NCBI GenBank assembly: GCA_035719385.1
Contig: DASTGG010000096.1
Location: 537-64,536, forward strand
Direction: 5' to 3'
Length of the DNA stretch: 64,000 bases
Source of the DNA: Usitatibacter sp.
GTDB taxonomy: Bacteria; Pseudomonadota; Gammaproteobacteria; Burkholderiales; Usitatibacteraceae
Both the position numbers and the translations under genes were made by a program. Below the pieces are notes generated by a model, which saw nothing but the letters and a program-made list of their open reading frames with translations, had not been told where the DNA came from and searched no databases. Shown piece after piece: positions 48,465 through 58,761 of this stretch; positions within the stretch are counted from its first letter, which is position 1; each line of letters opens with the position of its first letter.

Positions 48465-50753
48465 TCAATTCAGGCTGCGACGAACTCGCAACAGCGAGCG
48501 GATTCGCGCGAACATGCGCTTCTGCTCGGTCGACGGCTTGGTGCGCTGCACCCGCTCGTCGGAGAACACGCGATCGAGAATCGCAAGCATGCGGTCGCGG
48601 TCCGCAGGAGAAGCCAGCAACGAGGGCAGCGTCGCGAGCGCCTGGTCGGGCTCGTAATGCACGATGATCTCCTGCTGTCCCGCGATGCGGCGTACGTCGG
48701 GCGGCGAGAGCTTCGGAAGAAGATCGTGATACTCCTCGAGCATGTCGTGGGCGAGTCGCAGCTTCGCAAGGGGGAGTGGCTGCCCGTCGTGGGCGAGGAG
48801 GCACGCCACGCGCGCGAGCGCTTCGGCGTAACCGCCCTTGTCGATCGACGCGAGTGCATCCGTGACCCACGGAAGTTCCCGCGGATTCGGGACCGTCGAG
48901 GACAGCTCTTCGATGTCGCGCCCATTGCTGAAATACAAAGCGTAGAGGTTGCCGTACGTGAGGAAGAAGGTGGCCTCGGAAACGGCATCCCGCATTGCGC
49001 GGTAAAGCTCCAGACTCGCGCTGACGACCTCGGAGTTGGCCGTCTCGAGCTTGCGCGCGGGATGTTCGGCCGGGAGCGCCCGGCGCTGGGCCTTCACCGC
49101 CTTCGCTGCGGTCCCGAGCCACCACAACGCGGGATTCAGGTCGGAGAAGACCCAGCGCTGGAAGCGCATGGGGTGGAATTGCCGAGCGAGCAGCGCGGTG
49201 TATTCGTTGGCGAACGCCTCGACCACGGGCCGGCCGAAGAGCTCGTAGATCCGCTGGTTCAGGTCGGCGACGGCCTTCACGGCCTCGAACGGGCGTTCGT
49301 CCGCACGCCTGAAGCGGTTCAGCCGCGCCACCACGTCCTCCAGCCGGTGCTCGACGAAATTCACGTCGTAAACGGGCTTGCCGGAAGCATCCTTGCTTTC
49401 GACGATCTCCATGCCGTAGAGGCCGGGCGCCAACGCCTCGATCGATTTAAGGACCGAGACGATCTGCGTGTACTCCTTCTTCGCCACCTTTCCGGAGACG
49501 AAGATGCCCAGGTGGCCCACTTCCTCCTGCAAGAGACCCACGATCACCTGGCCACGGGCCTTGATCTCCTCGGTGGACGAGTAGACGTCCGCGACCCAGT
49601 TGAACGCCTGCTGTGGCGGCGTGATGTTGTCGCCCAGGGATGCGAAGAGCACGATGGGCACCTTGATCTCACGAAGGTCGAGCGCGCGCTGCCCGGCTTT
49701 CACCGTGCCGGACCAGAGCCGGTTGCCCACGAAGAGGTTCTGCGTGATCCACTCGATCTCCTCGCGGTTGAGCAGGTAATACCCGCCCCACCACCGCTCG
49801 AACTCGAGGAAGCGGTCCGCCTCGGTGTCCACGTTGGCGAAGACCTGGTAGTACTTGTCCCAGAAGGTATTCGCCGGGTTGAGGTTCTCGAAGTTCTGTA
49901 CCAGCCACGCGCCGTCGAACTTGCCGGCACCCAGGTCGGAGACCAGGGATGCGAGCCATGTGCCTCCGAGGAGGCCGCCCGCATAGCGCATCGGGTTGTC
50001 GCCTTCGCCGTCGCGCCACGCGCCGCCCCAGTAGGACATGGGCGCGCCCACGATGACCAGCGGGCCGATATCGTCGGGGCTCGCCGAGGCCAGCATCATC
50101 GCCGCCCAACCCGCCTGGCAATTGCCGATGAGCGCAGGCTTCGGCGCATCGGGATGCCGCTCGCGAACGTGATGCACGAATTCGCGTTCCGCATCGCAGA
50201 CGTCGATGAGCGTCTGGCCGGGCTCGGGATTGGGGAAGAACACCACGAAGTACACGGGGTGGCCGTCGCGCAGCGCCACGCCCACCTGCGAGTCGTCCTT
50301 GAAGCCACCGATGCCGGGACCGTGCCCGCCGCGCGGATCCATCACGATGTAGGGGCGGCGCTTCGGATCGACTTTCACGCCGTCGGGAGGAACGATGCGC
50401 AGCAGCGCGTAGTTCACGGGACGTTTGCGATTCCGCCCGTCGAGCAGCATCTCGTACTCGAAGCGCAGGACCGGCGGCAGGCCCTGGCGCTCGTGCTCGA
50501 GGAAGTTGTTGCCGCGTTGCCTCAGCGTGTCCCAGAAGAGGATCGAGCGTTGCGCAAAGTCCACCAGGTGCGCGGCGCCCGTGGTCAACGGCCACGACGG
50601 CGCGCGCTTCCAGGCGTCGGCTTGGCTGCCAAGCGCATTCTCGACGCTTTTCCCATAGCGCTCGAGCGCGGTTCGCGTGCGGGTCTGGACGAGCTGGGCG
50701 ACCTTACCCGCGATGTCGTGACTTTGGGAAAGCTTTCTAGCGGGCGTGCTCAT
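48465..50753 (-). CDS. DUF3141 family alpha/beta hydrolase, PHA synthase/depolymerase-like
   Basis: RGGHGPGIGGFK, GNCQAG (Cys lipase box), GDNITPPQQ (Asp), GHLGIFVS (His), FERWWGG. Confidence 0.82.
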   Translation of the reverse strand: MSTPARKLSQSHDIAGKVAQLVQTRTRTALERYGKSVENALGSQADAWKRAPSWPLTTGAAHLVDFAQRSILFWDTLRQRGNNFLEHERQGLPPVLRFEYEMLLDGRNRKRPVNYALLRIVPPDGVKVDPKRRPYIVMDPRGGHGPGIGGFKDDSQVGVALRDGHPVYFVVFFPNPEPGQTLIDVCDAEREFVHHVRERHPDAPKPALIGNCQAGWAAMMLASASPDDIGPLVIVGAPMSYWGGAWRDGEGDNPMRYAGGLLGGTWLASLVSDLGAGKFDGAWLVQNFENLNPANTFWDKYYQVFANVDTEADRFLEFERWWGGYYLLNREEIEWITQNLFVGNRLWSGTVKAGQRALDLREIKVPIVLFASLGDNITPPQQAFNWVADVYSSTEEIKARGQVIVGLLQEEVGHLGIFVSGKVAKKEYTQIVSVLKSIEALAPGLYGMEIVESKDASGKPVYDVNFVEHRLEDVVARLNRFRRADERPFEAVKAVADLNQRIYELFGRPVVEAFANEYTALLARQFHPMRFQRWVFSDLNPALWWLGTAAKAVKAQRRALPAEHPARKLETANSEVVSASLELYRAMRDAVSEATFFLTYGNLYALYFSNGRDIEELSSTVPNPRELPWVTDALASIDKGGYAEALARVACLLAHDGQPLPLAKLRLAHDMLEEYHDLLPKLSPPDVRRIAGQQEIIVHYEPDQALATLPSLLASPADRDRMLAILDRVFSDERVQRTKPSTEQKRMFARIRSLLRVRRSLN

Positions 50754-51888
50754 GGGTCGCCTCCTTCGCTCTTCCGGATGCATTCAAAAGCGCCGCGGCG
50801 TGGCTCGCGGCGATCCATTCCTCGTCGGTCGGCTCTACTGCGACCAGCACACGGCCCTCAGCGCTCGAGATGACCGCCTCGTTGCGGCGGTTTCGGCTGT
50901 CGTCCAGCGTCAGGCCCAACCAGCCGAGCGCCTCGCAGATGCGACGGCGCAGCTCCGCGCTGTGCTCGCCGATGCCCGCGGTGAAGGCGAGCATGTCGAG
51001 GCCGCCCAGCACGGCCGTCAATGCGCCGATCTCGCGCACGATGCGCCGCACCCAAAGCGCGAGCGCGGCCCTGGCGCCGTAGTGCGAGCCTTCGATTTCA
51101 AGCAACTCCTGGGGGTCGCCTGACACGCCGGAGACGCCCTTGAGCCCCGACTCGTGGTAGAGGTAATGCGCTACCTGGTCGACTCCGAATTTCTCGACCT
51201 GCATGAAATAGAGCAGCGCGCCCGGGTCCAGCGAGCCGCAGCGGGTGTTCATCATGAGACCGTCGAGCGCAGAGAATCCCATCGTCGTGGCGACGCTCTT
51301 CAGGTCCTGCATCGCGCAAAGGCTGGCCCCGCTGCCGAGGTGCGCGACGATGGTCCGGCCACGCGCAGCGTCGCCGTGGCGCTCGGCAAGCGCGAGCGAC
51401 ATGTATTCGTACGAGAGCCCATGGAAGCCATAGCGCCGCACGCCCTGCTCCCAGGCCTTGAACGGCAGGGGCAGCAGCTGCTCGACCAGCGGCAGCGTGC
51501 GATGGAAAGCGGTGTCGAAACAGGCGACCTGCGGAAGCTGCGGTGCCTCCTCGAGCAGGATCCCAATCGCTTCGAGCGCGAAAGGCTGGTGAAGCGGCGC
51601 CAGCGGAATGTAGCCCTTCAAGTCCGCGAGCACGGACGCATCGACCATCACCGGCGCCGAATAGCGCGCCCCGCCATGCACGACGCGGTGCACGGCGGCG
51701 CCGAGCGTCTGCCCGCCCAACTGCGCGGCGACGCGATTGCGCAAGTCTGCGAACGTCGCGCGGCTCGGGGGCTGGTCGATCTTGCCGCCCCAACGCGCCC
51801 GGCGCGGGACTTCGGACCCGTCGGCTTCATACAACGCGAACTTGATGCTCGAGGAACCGCAATTGAGGACGAGGATGGGAGCGTTCAT
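50737..51888 (-). CDS. ackA: Acetate/propionate kinase
   Basis: LVLNCGSSSIKF, HRVVHGG, APLH, FDTAFH, RRYGFHGLSY, HLGSGAS, FTAGIGE. Confidence 0.92.
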   Translation of the reverse strand: MNAPILVLNCGSSSIKFALYEADGSEVPRRARWGGKIDQPPSRATFADLRNRVAAQLGGQTLGAAVHRVVHGGARYSAPVMVDASVLADLKGYIPLAPLHQPFALEAIGILLEEAPQLPQVACFDTAFHRTLPLVEQLLPLPFKAWEQGVRRYGFHGLSYEYMSLALAERHGDAARGRTIVAHLGSGASLCAMQDLKSVATTMGFSALDGLMMNTRCGSLDPGALLYFMQVEKFGVDQVAHYLYHESGLKGVSGVSGDPQELLEIEGSHYGARAALALWVRRIVREIGALTAVLGGLDMLAFTAGIGEHSAELRRRICEALGWLGLTLDDSRNRRNEAVISSAEGRVLVAVEPTDEEWIAASHAAALLNASGRAKEATHEHAR

Positions 51889-52685
51889 GCGACGATGTGG
51901 AACCCGTTATCGACGTAGAGGGTGTCGCCGGTGATCGACTGCGCGGCGTCCGAGATGAGGAAGGCGGAAAGCGTGCCTACGTCATCCAGCGTGATCGCTC
52001 GCTGCACGGGCGCGCGCTGCCGCGCATCGAGCGCGAGCTCGTCGAACCCCGGGATGCCGGAGGCGGCGCGCGTGGGAATCGGGCCCGGCGACACGGCATT
52101 CACGCGGATGCCGCGACCGCCAAGCTCCGCGGCGAGATACCGGACGGTCGATTCGAGCGCCGCCTTGACCGGCCCCATCACGCCGTAATGCGGGATGACC
52201 TGGTCGGCGCCGACGAAGCTCATCGTGAGCAATGCGCCACCGCGGTCCATCAGCGGCTCGGCGAGCCGCGCCATACGTACGAAGGAATGGCAGGAGATGT
52301 CCACCGCCCGCGCGAACCCGTCGCGCGAGGTATCCGCCACGCGCCCATGCAGCTCCTGCGACGGCGCATAGGCGATCGAATGAAGCGCGAAGTCCAGCCG
52401 GCCCCATTGCGATCGAATCGCCGCGAAAACGGCCTCCATCTGCTCGGGCTTCTCCACGTCGAGCGGCATGGCGATGGGCGCCTCGAGCGCCTTTGCGAGC
52501 GGCTCCACGTGCGCACGCGCCTTGTCGTTCAGCCACGTGACGGCGACTTCCGCACCCAGCTCCCGGAAGACTCGCGCGCAGCCCCACGCGAGGCTGTTCT
52601 CGTTGGCGATGCCGACGACCAGTCCTTTGCGTCCAGCAAGCAGGGTCGAGACCAGCTGCAGCGATGGCCTTACTTCGATGTCCAT
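51885..52685 (-). CDS. fabI: Enoyl-ACP reductase
   Basis: GIANENSLAWG, HSIAYAP, YGVMGPVKAALE, SPGPIPTRAASGI. Confidence 0.88.
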   Translation of the reverse strand: MDIEVRPSLQLVSTLLAGRKGLVVGIANENSLAWGCARVFRELGAEVAVTWLNDKARAHVEPLAKALEAPIAMPLDVEKPEQMEAVFAAIRSQWGRLDFALHSIAYAPSQELHGRVADTSRDGFARAVDISCHSFVRMARLAEPLMDRGGALLTMSFVGADQVIPHYGVMGPVKAALESTVRYLAAELGGRGIRVNAVSPGPIPTRAASGIPGFDELALDARQRAPVQRAITLDDVGTLSAFLISDAAQSITGDTLYVDNGFHIVA

Positions 52686-52975
52686 GGCTCGGCTCCGGAG
52701 TCCTTCGCGCCTGCGATTTCGTTTTGCCAGGCGCGTCGCGCGATGTTCGCGTACAGCGACACGACGCTCGCGGCGAGCTCCTGGTGCTCCGGATGGCGAT
52801 CGATGAGGGGCCGCAGGAGCTTCGCGTCTTGGATGAGCTGGCTGACGTGATCGAGGTCCGAATCGCTCAGGCGCTCGCCGGCGTCGAGCCTCCTTTGCAT
52901 GTCGAGCGCGCGCGGGTACAGGTGGCGGGCAAAATGCTCGATCACCACGTAGATGACGCCGTCGTCCGCGTTCAT
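52670..52975 (-). CDS. Hypothetical protein
   Basis: Overlaps both neighbours; GVI....F....PRAL.M..R...GE.L...D pattern. Confidence 0.7.
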   Translation of the reverse strand: MNADDGVIYVVIEHFARHLYPRALDMQRRLDAGERLSDSDLDHVSQLIQDAKLLRPLIDRHPEHQELAASVVSLYANIARRAWQNEIAGAKDSGAEPWTSK

Positions 52976-53937
52976 GCGACCGCCTTGGCGGGCGCCTGCC
53001 GCCGGGCATGGTCGAGGAGAACGGCCACGGCGCACGAGGCGAGCCGCGCCCCGACCGAATCGGCCCGGCTCGTCAGCATGATCGGCACGCGCGCGCCGAG
53101 AACGATGCCGGCAGCGTCGGCCTGGGCCAGGAACGAGAGGCTCTTCGCGAGCATGTTTCCCGCCTCCAGATCGGGCACGACCAGCACGTGCGCGCGTCCG
53201 GCGACTGGCGAGGCGATGCCCTTGATGCGGGCCGCCTCCACGTTGATCGCGTTGTCGAGCGCGAGCGGACCGTCGAGAATGCCGCCGCGGATCTGCCCGC
53301 GATCGGCCATCTTGCACAAGGCTGCCGCCTCGATGGTCGACGGGACCTTCGGATTGACGGTTTCCATCGCGGAGAGGATGGCAACGCGCGGCTCGGCGAT
53401 GCCCAGCGCCTGCGCGAGGTCGATCGCGTTCTGCACGATGTCGACCTTCTCCTCGAGCGTGGGCGCGATGTTGACCGCAGCGTCCGTGATGATGAGCGGC
53501 TCCGCGTACGCCGGCACGTCCATCACGAAGCAATGGCTGATGCGGCGCGCGGTACGCAGGCCTTTCTCGCGATCCACGACGGCACCCATGAGCTCGTCGG
53601 TATGGAGCGAGCCTTTCATGAGCGCAGCCGCGCGGCCCTCGCGCACGAGCTGGACGGCCATCGCGGCCGCCGCGTGGCTGTGAGGCGCATCGACGATCGC
53701 ATAGGGAGAAATTTCCAGGCCGGCGCTGCGCGCGGATTCGCGTATGCGCACAGCGGGTCCCACGAAGACCGGCTCGAGCAGCCCGAGCTGCGCTGCATCC
53801 ACAGCGCCGGCAATCGACGCGGCATCGCACGGGTGCGCGACCGCGGTCGCGAGCGGCGGCGCCCTGCGCGCCATCTCGAGGAGCTGTCTGTACTTCTCAT
53901 GCCTGCGAGAGGCCGCGTCCTTCAGCGCGATGTCCAT
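52972..53937 (-). CDS. Phosphate acetyl/butyryltransferase
   Basis: LMKGSLHTDELM, DAAVNIAP, LDGPLALDNA, VPDLEAGNML, LTSRADS. Confidence 0.9.
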   Translation of the reverse strand: MDIALKDAASRRHEKYRQLLEMARRAPPLATAVAHPCDAASIAGAVDAAQLGLLEPVFVGPAVRIRESARSAGLEISPYAIVDAPHSHAAAAMAVQLVREGRAAALMKGSLHTDELMGAVVDREKGLRTARRISHCFVMDVPAYAEPLIITDAAVNIAPTLEEKVDIVQNAIDLAQALGIAEPRVAILSAMETVNPKVPSTIEAAALCKMADRGQIRGGILDGPLALDNAINVEAARIKGIASPVAGRAHVLVVPDLEAGNMLAKSLSFLAQADAAGIVLGARVPIMLTSRADSVGARLASCAVAVLLDHARRQAPAKAVA

Positions 53938-53938
53938 G

Positions 53939-54025
53939 TCAACCTCGCGCCATGACGAGGAAGCGCAGCAGCATCGCGAGAAATTCGCGCGTCCTTCGGG
54001 CCGTTTCGTCGCACATGGTTTTCAT
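53939..54025 (-). CDS. Putative 28-aa small protein
   Basis: GAGGT RBS then MKTMCDETARRTREFLAMLLRFLVMARG*; fills the pagL-pta gap. Confidence 0.4.
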   Translation of the reverse strand: MKTMCDETARRTREFLAMLLRFLVMARG

Positions 54026-54033
54026 GGTTCACC

Positions 54034-54543
54034 TCAGAAGCGATAGTTGAGGAACAACATTCCGTAGGTCAGCCCATCGTTGGGCCGCTTGATGCCGCCG
54101 TTGGAGACGTGCTGCAGGCGCGCGCCGAGCTGGAACTCGTTGCGGCGTCCGTAGCGCGCGCCGACGCCGACGAACTCGCCGAACTGGAATGCGGTGCTGA
54201 ACTGGCGATAGTCGTCCACACGCGTCGACGAAAGGAGGTTCACGCCGATGCCCGCCTCTGCGGTGAAGGAGACGCCGAGCGGGCGTCCAAGCTCATAGCG
54301 CGCAAAGGGCGTCACGCTGAGATCGGCGATTCGCCTCCCTCCCGACGCGTTTCCCCGCCAACCATCGGCGCGGAACAGCAAACCGGTGTGCAGCCTCGTG
54401 GATTCCGAGCAGCGGTCGGTCGGCAGCTCCCAGCCGATCCCCGCCACGTCGACGCTGTTTCCGCTGCCCGCTTGCAGCGTAAAGTTCTCGGCATGGTTCG
54501 CGAGACAGGAAGCGGACAGTAGCGCGGCGGCGAGGGCGAGCAT
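54034..54543 (-). CDS. pagL: Lipid A 3-O-deacylase / acyloxyacyl hydrolase
   Basis: Signal peptide; EAGIG, FSTAFQFGE, QHVSNGGIKRPNDG, terminal Phe. Confidence 0.82.
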   Translation of the reverse strand: MLALAAALLSASCLANHAENFTLQAGSGNSVDVAGIGWELPTDRCSESTRLHTGLLFRADGWRGNASGGRRIADLSVTPFARYELGRPLGVSFTAEAGIGVNLLSSTRVDDYRQFSTAFQFGEFVGVGARYGRRNEFQLGARLQHVSNGGIKRPNDGLTYGMLFLNYRF

Positions 54544-54550
54544 GGCGATC

Positions 54551-57500
54551 TCACATGGCCGGCAAAGGATCCGATGGGACAACCGACGCTTTATCGCGGG
54601 CTTCGGCACGGCGCACCTTGAAGCACGCTGCATAGAGCGCAGGCACGAAGAAGATCGTTAGAAGCGTGGCGGCCGTGAGCCCACCCATGATCGCGATCGC
54701 CATCGGACCCCAGAAGACGCTGCGCGTGAGGGGGATCATCGCAAGCACCGTGGCGGCGGCGGTGAGGGCCACGGGCCGCGTCCGGTGCACGGCGGCATCC
54801 ACCACCGCCGTCCAGGGATCGCTCCCCTGCTCCATCTCGGTCTGCACCTGGTCGATCAGGATCACCGAGTTGCGCATGATCATGCCGCCGAGCGCCACGA
54901 TGCCGAGGATCGCCACGAAGCCCAGTGGCGCGTGGAACATCAGCAGGCCGCCGACCACGCCGATCAATCCGAGCGGGGCCGTCGCGAACACCATCAACAT
55001 GCGCGCGAAGCTTTGCAGCTGCAGCATGAGGATCAGGAGCACCGTGAGCAGCATGATCGGGGCGACGGCCGCGAGCGCCACGTTGGCCTTTTCGCTCTCC
55101 TCGACCGCGCCGCCCACATCGATGCGATAGCCGGTGGGCAACGTGGCCTGGATGTCCTTCAGGTGCGGCTGGATCTCCTTCGTGACGGAGACGCCCTGTT
55201 CGCCGTCTTTCACGTCGGCACGGACGGTGATCGCCATGTCGCGGTTGCGCCGCCAGAGCACCGGCTCCTCGAGCACGTAGCGCACGCGCGCAACCTGCGA
55301 CAGAGGAACGGTGGTGCCATGGCGCGTGAAGAGGTTGATGTCCTCCAGGGTGTCCACGTTCAGCCGCTCGCCGGGAACCGCGCGCGCGACGATGTCGATC
55401 AGGTCCTCGCGCTCGCGCAGCTGCGAGAGCGGCGCGCCGTTCATGACCGTCCGTGTGACGAGTTGGATGTCCGCAGGCGTGAGTCCCAGCGCGCGTGCCT
55501 TGTCCTGGTCGAGATCGACGCGCAGCGTGCGCACCGGGTCGTACCAGTTGAGCTGCACGTCGCGCACCTTGTCGCTGGCGGCGACGACACGCTCGACCTC
55601 GCGGGCGATGTCGCGCACCTTCTGCGTGTCCGGTCCCACGACGCGGAACTGCACCGGGAAGCCCACGGGCGGCCCCAGCTCCAGCCGGGTCACGCGCACC
55701 CATGCTTCCGGGAACTGCGTGGCAGCGCTCTGCATGAGCATCGAGCGCACGCGCTCCCGGGCTGCGAGATCCTTCGTCATCACGATGAATTGGGCATAGC
55801 CCGGGTTCGGAAGCTCGGGATCGAGCGCCAGGTAGAAGCGCGGTGCGCCCGCACCGGTATAGGCCGTGAAGAAGCGGACGTCCTCGTCCCTCCTGAGGAT
55901 CCCTTCCATCTTCTTGACCTGCTCGGTCGTCGCGGCGAAGGAAGAACCCTCCTTCAGCCGCAGGTCGACGATGAGCTCCGGACGCGGGCTGCTCGGGAAA
56001 AATTGCTGCGGCACCAGCTTCATGCCGAAGATCGCCAAGACCAATGCCCCCGCGGTGACACCGATCACGAGCCAGCGCCGCTCGAGGGCGAGGTCGATCC
56101 ACTTGCGAAGCTTCCGGTAGAACGGCGTGTCGTACGGGTCCTTGCCGTGCTCATGGCCCTTGAAGGTGGCCGGCAACATCTTCACCGCGAGATAAGGCGT
56201 GAAGAGGCCCGAAACGACCCAGGAGAACACCACCGCCGTGCCCACGATCCAGAAGATGCCGCCGGCGTATTCGCCCGTGGTCGACTTCGCGAAGCCGATC
56301 GGCATGAAGCCCGCGACCGTGACGAGCGCGCCGGTAAGGCGCGGCATCGCAGTCGCCTGGTACGAGAACGCGGCAGCCTTCACGCGATCCCAGCCCTGCT
56401 CCATCTTCACGACCATCATCTCGAGCGAGATGATCGCGTCGTCCACGAGCAGGCCGAGCGCGATGATGAGTGAACCCAGCGACACGCGCTCCAGGTTCCA
56501 GCCCATCGCGAGCATCATGATCGCCACCGCGCCGAGAACCAGCGGCACCGAGGCCGCGACGACGAGGCCGGTGCGCAGGCCCAGGCTCAGCAGGCTCACG
56601 ACGAGCACGATGGCGAGCGCCTCCAGCAAGGAGCGCTCGAATTCCCAGACCGCGTCCTTCACGACGGTGGGTTGGTCCGCGACGCGCTCGAGCTCGACGC
56701 CGTAGGGCAGCTCGGCCTGGATCTTCGCGATCGCGTCTTCCATGGCCTTGCCCAGCTGCACCACGTTCCCATCGTTGGTCATGACGATGCCGATCATCAG
56801 CACATCCTGGCCGTTGTGGCGGATCGTGTAGGTCGGCGGATCCTCGTAGCCGCGATGGATCTTCGTGAAGTCGCCCAGCTTGATGAGCCGGCCGCCTGCC
56901 TCGATCGGGACGTTGCGGATGTCGTCGAGGCTCGTGAACTGCCCGCTCACGCGGATGAAGACACGGTCGCCTTTCGTGTCGATGGACGGCCCCGTGAGCA
57001 TCGCGTTCTGCGCGCGCAGGCTGTCCGCGATCATGAGCGGCGTGATGCCGAGCGCGGCGAGCTTCTCGTGTGAGAACTCGACGTACACGCGCTTCGCCTG
57101 CTTGCCGATCACGTCGACCTTCTTCACCATCGGCACCTTGAGGAGCCGCCGCTTGATGTCCTCCGACATGTCGGTGAGCTCGGAATGATCGATCCCGTCG
57201 CCGCGGACGGCGTAGAGCATCGCGTACACGTCGCCGTACTCGTCGTTGAAGATCGGGCCGATCACGCCTTCGGGAAGCTCGTTCTTGAGGTCGGAGAACT
57301 TCTTGCGCGCCTGGTACCAGGCCTCGCGCTGATCCGCCTTGGAGGTCCCGCCCTTGACCGTGATCGTCATGCCGCCCAGCTCCTGGCGCGAAAACGTGAC
57401 GACCTTGTCGAAGTGGTCGAGCTGCTCGAACTTCTTCTCCATCCGGTTGAGCACCTCGTCCTGCATCTGCTGCGCGGTGGCGCCCGGCCAGATCACGAGC

Positions 57501-57649
57501 GCGGTCATCGACGGGACGGAGAAGTTCGGATCCTCGAGCTGGCCCAGCCGCGTGAAGCCCAGCGTGCCGGCGATGCCGATCACCAGGATCAGGAAAAGGA
57601 CGATGGCGCGGTGGCTCAGCGCCCACTCGGAGAGGTTGAACGATTTCAT
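54551..57649 (-). CDS. RND efflux transporter permease
   Basis: FNLSEWAL, EDP.F, IIALGLLVDDAII, RPV.LTA; 1032 aa. Confidence 0.93.
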   Translation of the reverse strand: MKSFNLSEWALSHRAIVLFLILVIGIAGTLGFTRLGQLEDPNFSVPSMTALVIWPGATAQQMQDEVLNRMEKKFEQLDHFDKVVTFSRQELGGMTITVKGGTSKADQREAWYQARKKFSDLKNELPEGVIGPIFNDEYGDVYAMLYAVRGDGIDHSELTDMSEDIKRRLLKVPMVKKVDVIGKQAKRVYVEFSHEKLAALGITPLMIADSLRAQNAMLTGPSIDTKGDRVFIRVSGQFTSLDDIRNVPIEAGGRLIKLGDFTKIHRGYEDPPTYTIRHNGQDVLMIGIVMTNDGNVVQLGKAMEDAIAKIQAELPYGVELERVADQPTVVKDAVWEFERSLLEALAIVLVVSLLSLGLRTGLVVAASVPLVLGAVAIMMLAMGWNLERVSLGSLIIALGLLVDDAIISLEMMVVKMEQGWDRVKAAAFSYQATAMPRLTGALVTVAGFMPIGFAKSTTGEYAGGIFWIVGTAVVFSWVVSGLFTPYLAVKMLPATFKGHEHGKDPYDTPFYRKLRKWIDLALERRWLVIGVTAGALVLAIFGMKLVPQQFFPSSPRPELIVDLRLKEGSSFAATTEQVKKMEGILRRDEDVRFFTAYTGAGAPRFYLALDPELPNPGYAQFIVMTKDLAARERVRSMLMQSAATQFPEAWVRVTRLELGPPVGFPVQFRVVGPDTQKVRDIAREVERVVAASDKVRDVQLNWYDPVRTLRVDLDQDKARALGLTPADIQLVTRTVMNGAPLSQLREREDLIDIVARAVPGERLNVDTLEDINLFTRHGTTVPLSQVARVRYVLEEPVLWRRNRDMAITVRADVKDGEQGVSVTKEIQPHLKDIQATLPTGYRIDVGGAVEESEKANVALAAVAPIMLLTVLLILMLQLQSFARMLMVFATAPLGLIGVVGGLLMFHAPLGFVAILGIVALGGMIMRNSVILIDQVQTEMEQGSDPWTAVVDAAVHRTRPVALTAAATVLAMIPLTRSVFWGPMAIAIMGGLTAATLLTIFFVPALYAACFKVRRAEARDKASVVPSDPLPAM

Positions 57650-58761
57650 CGCGCGGCCTGCTTCGTGGCGTCGGAAGTTGCCGGTGTCGACAGTGCGACC
57701 TTCAGGTTGGGCGCCATCTTCTGCACGCCGGCCACGACCACGCGATCTCCGGCCGACGGACCCGAGATCAGCACCTCGTCGTTGCGATAGCCGTGCACGG
57801 TGACGGGTATGAGTCCGACAGTGCCCGCGCCTTCGCCCGCGGCTTTCACGACCCAAAGCGCGGGTTGTCCGTTCGACCGCGTGATCGCCGCGGCGGGAAG
57901 CGCCGCGATGCCCACGCTCCCCGCTTTGTAGGCCACGAAGAGCGTTGCCGTGGCGCCCAAGGGCAGTGCACGCGAGGAAACGGGTTTGAGGCGCGCGCGA
58001 TACGTGCGCGTCTGGGCCGCGGCCTGCGGCGACAGCTCGCGCAACGCGACGTCGAAGACCTGGTCCGGAGCGCTCGCGAGCGAGGCTTTATAGCTGGCGG
58101 ACCTGAAAGCGGCGAGTTGGTCTTCGGGAACATCCACCACGACCTCGGGCTCGCCCTGGCTCGCGATCGAGACCACAGGCTGGCCTTCGGCGACGACCTG
58201 CCCCGCCTCGAACTTGACCGCCGTCACCACGCCGCCCTGCGAGGCACGCAACACCGTGTATGCGAGCCGGTTACGCGCGAGATCGAGCTCTTTCGCCTTG
58301 GCGTCAGAGGCCGCGCGCGTTGTGCGCGCCTGGCTGTCGGCACGCTCTTCGTCGGCGACGCTCACGGAGCCGTCGAGCTTGAGCGCGGCGAGCCGCTTGC
58401 GGTCGGACTCGGCTTGCGCCGCCTGTGCGCTCGCCGCGACGAATTGCTGGTGGACCGCTTCGACCGCAAGTTGGTAGTCCTTGTCGTCGAGCATGGCCAC
58501 GATGTCGCCTTCGCGGACGACTTGCCCCACCTCGACGACGCGACGCGCCACCTTGCCCCCGACCCGGAAGGCCTGGTCGACCTCGTAGCGCGAGCGCACG
58601 GTGCCGACGTAGCGATTGGTATCGCCGGCCTTCTCATAGCGGACTTCGACCGTGCGGACCGCGCGCAGCGGCTCGGCCGGGGGTTTGCTGCCGCACGCGG
58701 CGAGCATGACCGCCAACGGCAGCGCGGCAAGTGTGATCGGTTTCATCGCGGAATTCCTCAT
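57646..58761 (-). CDS. RND periplasmic adaptor (MFP)
   Basis: Lipobox LAAC; FRVGGKV..R.V.VG, L.A...GVV, TRTY. Confidence 0.92.
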   Translation of the reverse strand: MRNSAMKPITLAALPLAVMLAACGSKPPAEPLRAVRTVEVRYEKAGDTNRYVGTVRSRYEVDQAFRVGGKVARRVVEVGQVVREGDIVAMLDDKDYQLAVEAVHQQFVAASAQAAQAESDRKRLAALKLDGSVSVADEERADSQARTTRAASDAKAKELDLARNRLAYTVLRASQGGVVTAVKFEAGQVVAEGQPVVSIASQGEPEVVVDVPEDQLAAFRSASYKASLASAPDQVFDVALRELSPQAAAQTRTYRARLKPVSSRALPLGATATLFVAYKAGSVGIAALPAAAITRSNGQPALWVVKAAGEGAGTVGLIPVTVHGYRNDEVLISGPSAGDRVVVAGVQKMAPNLKVALSTPATSDATKQAAR

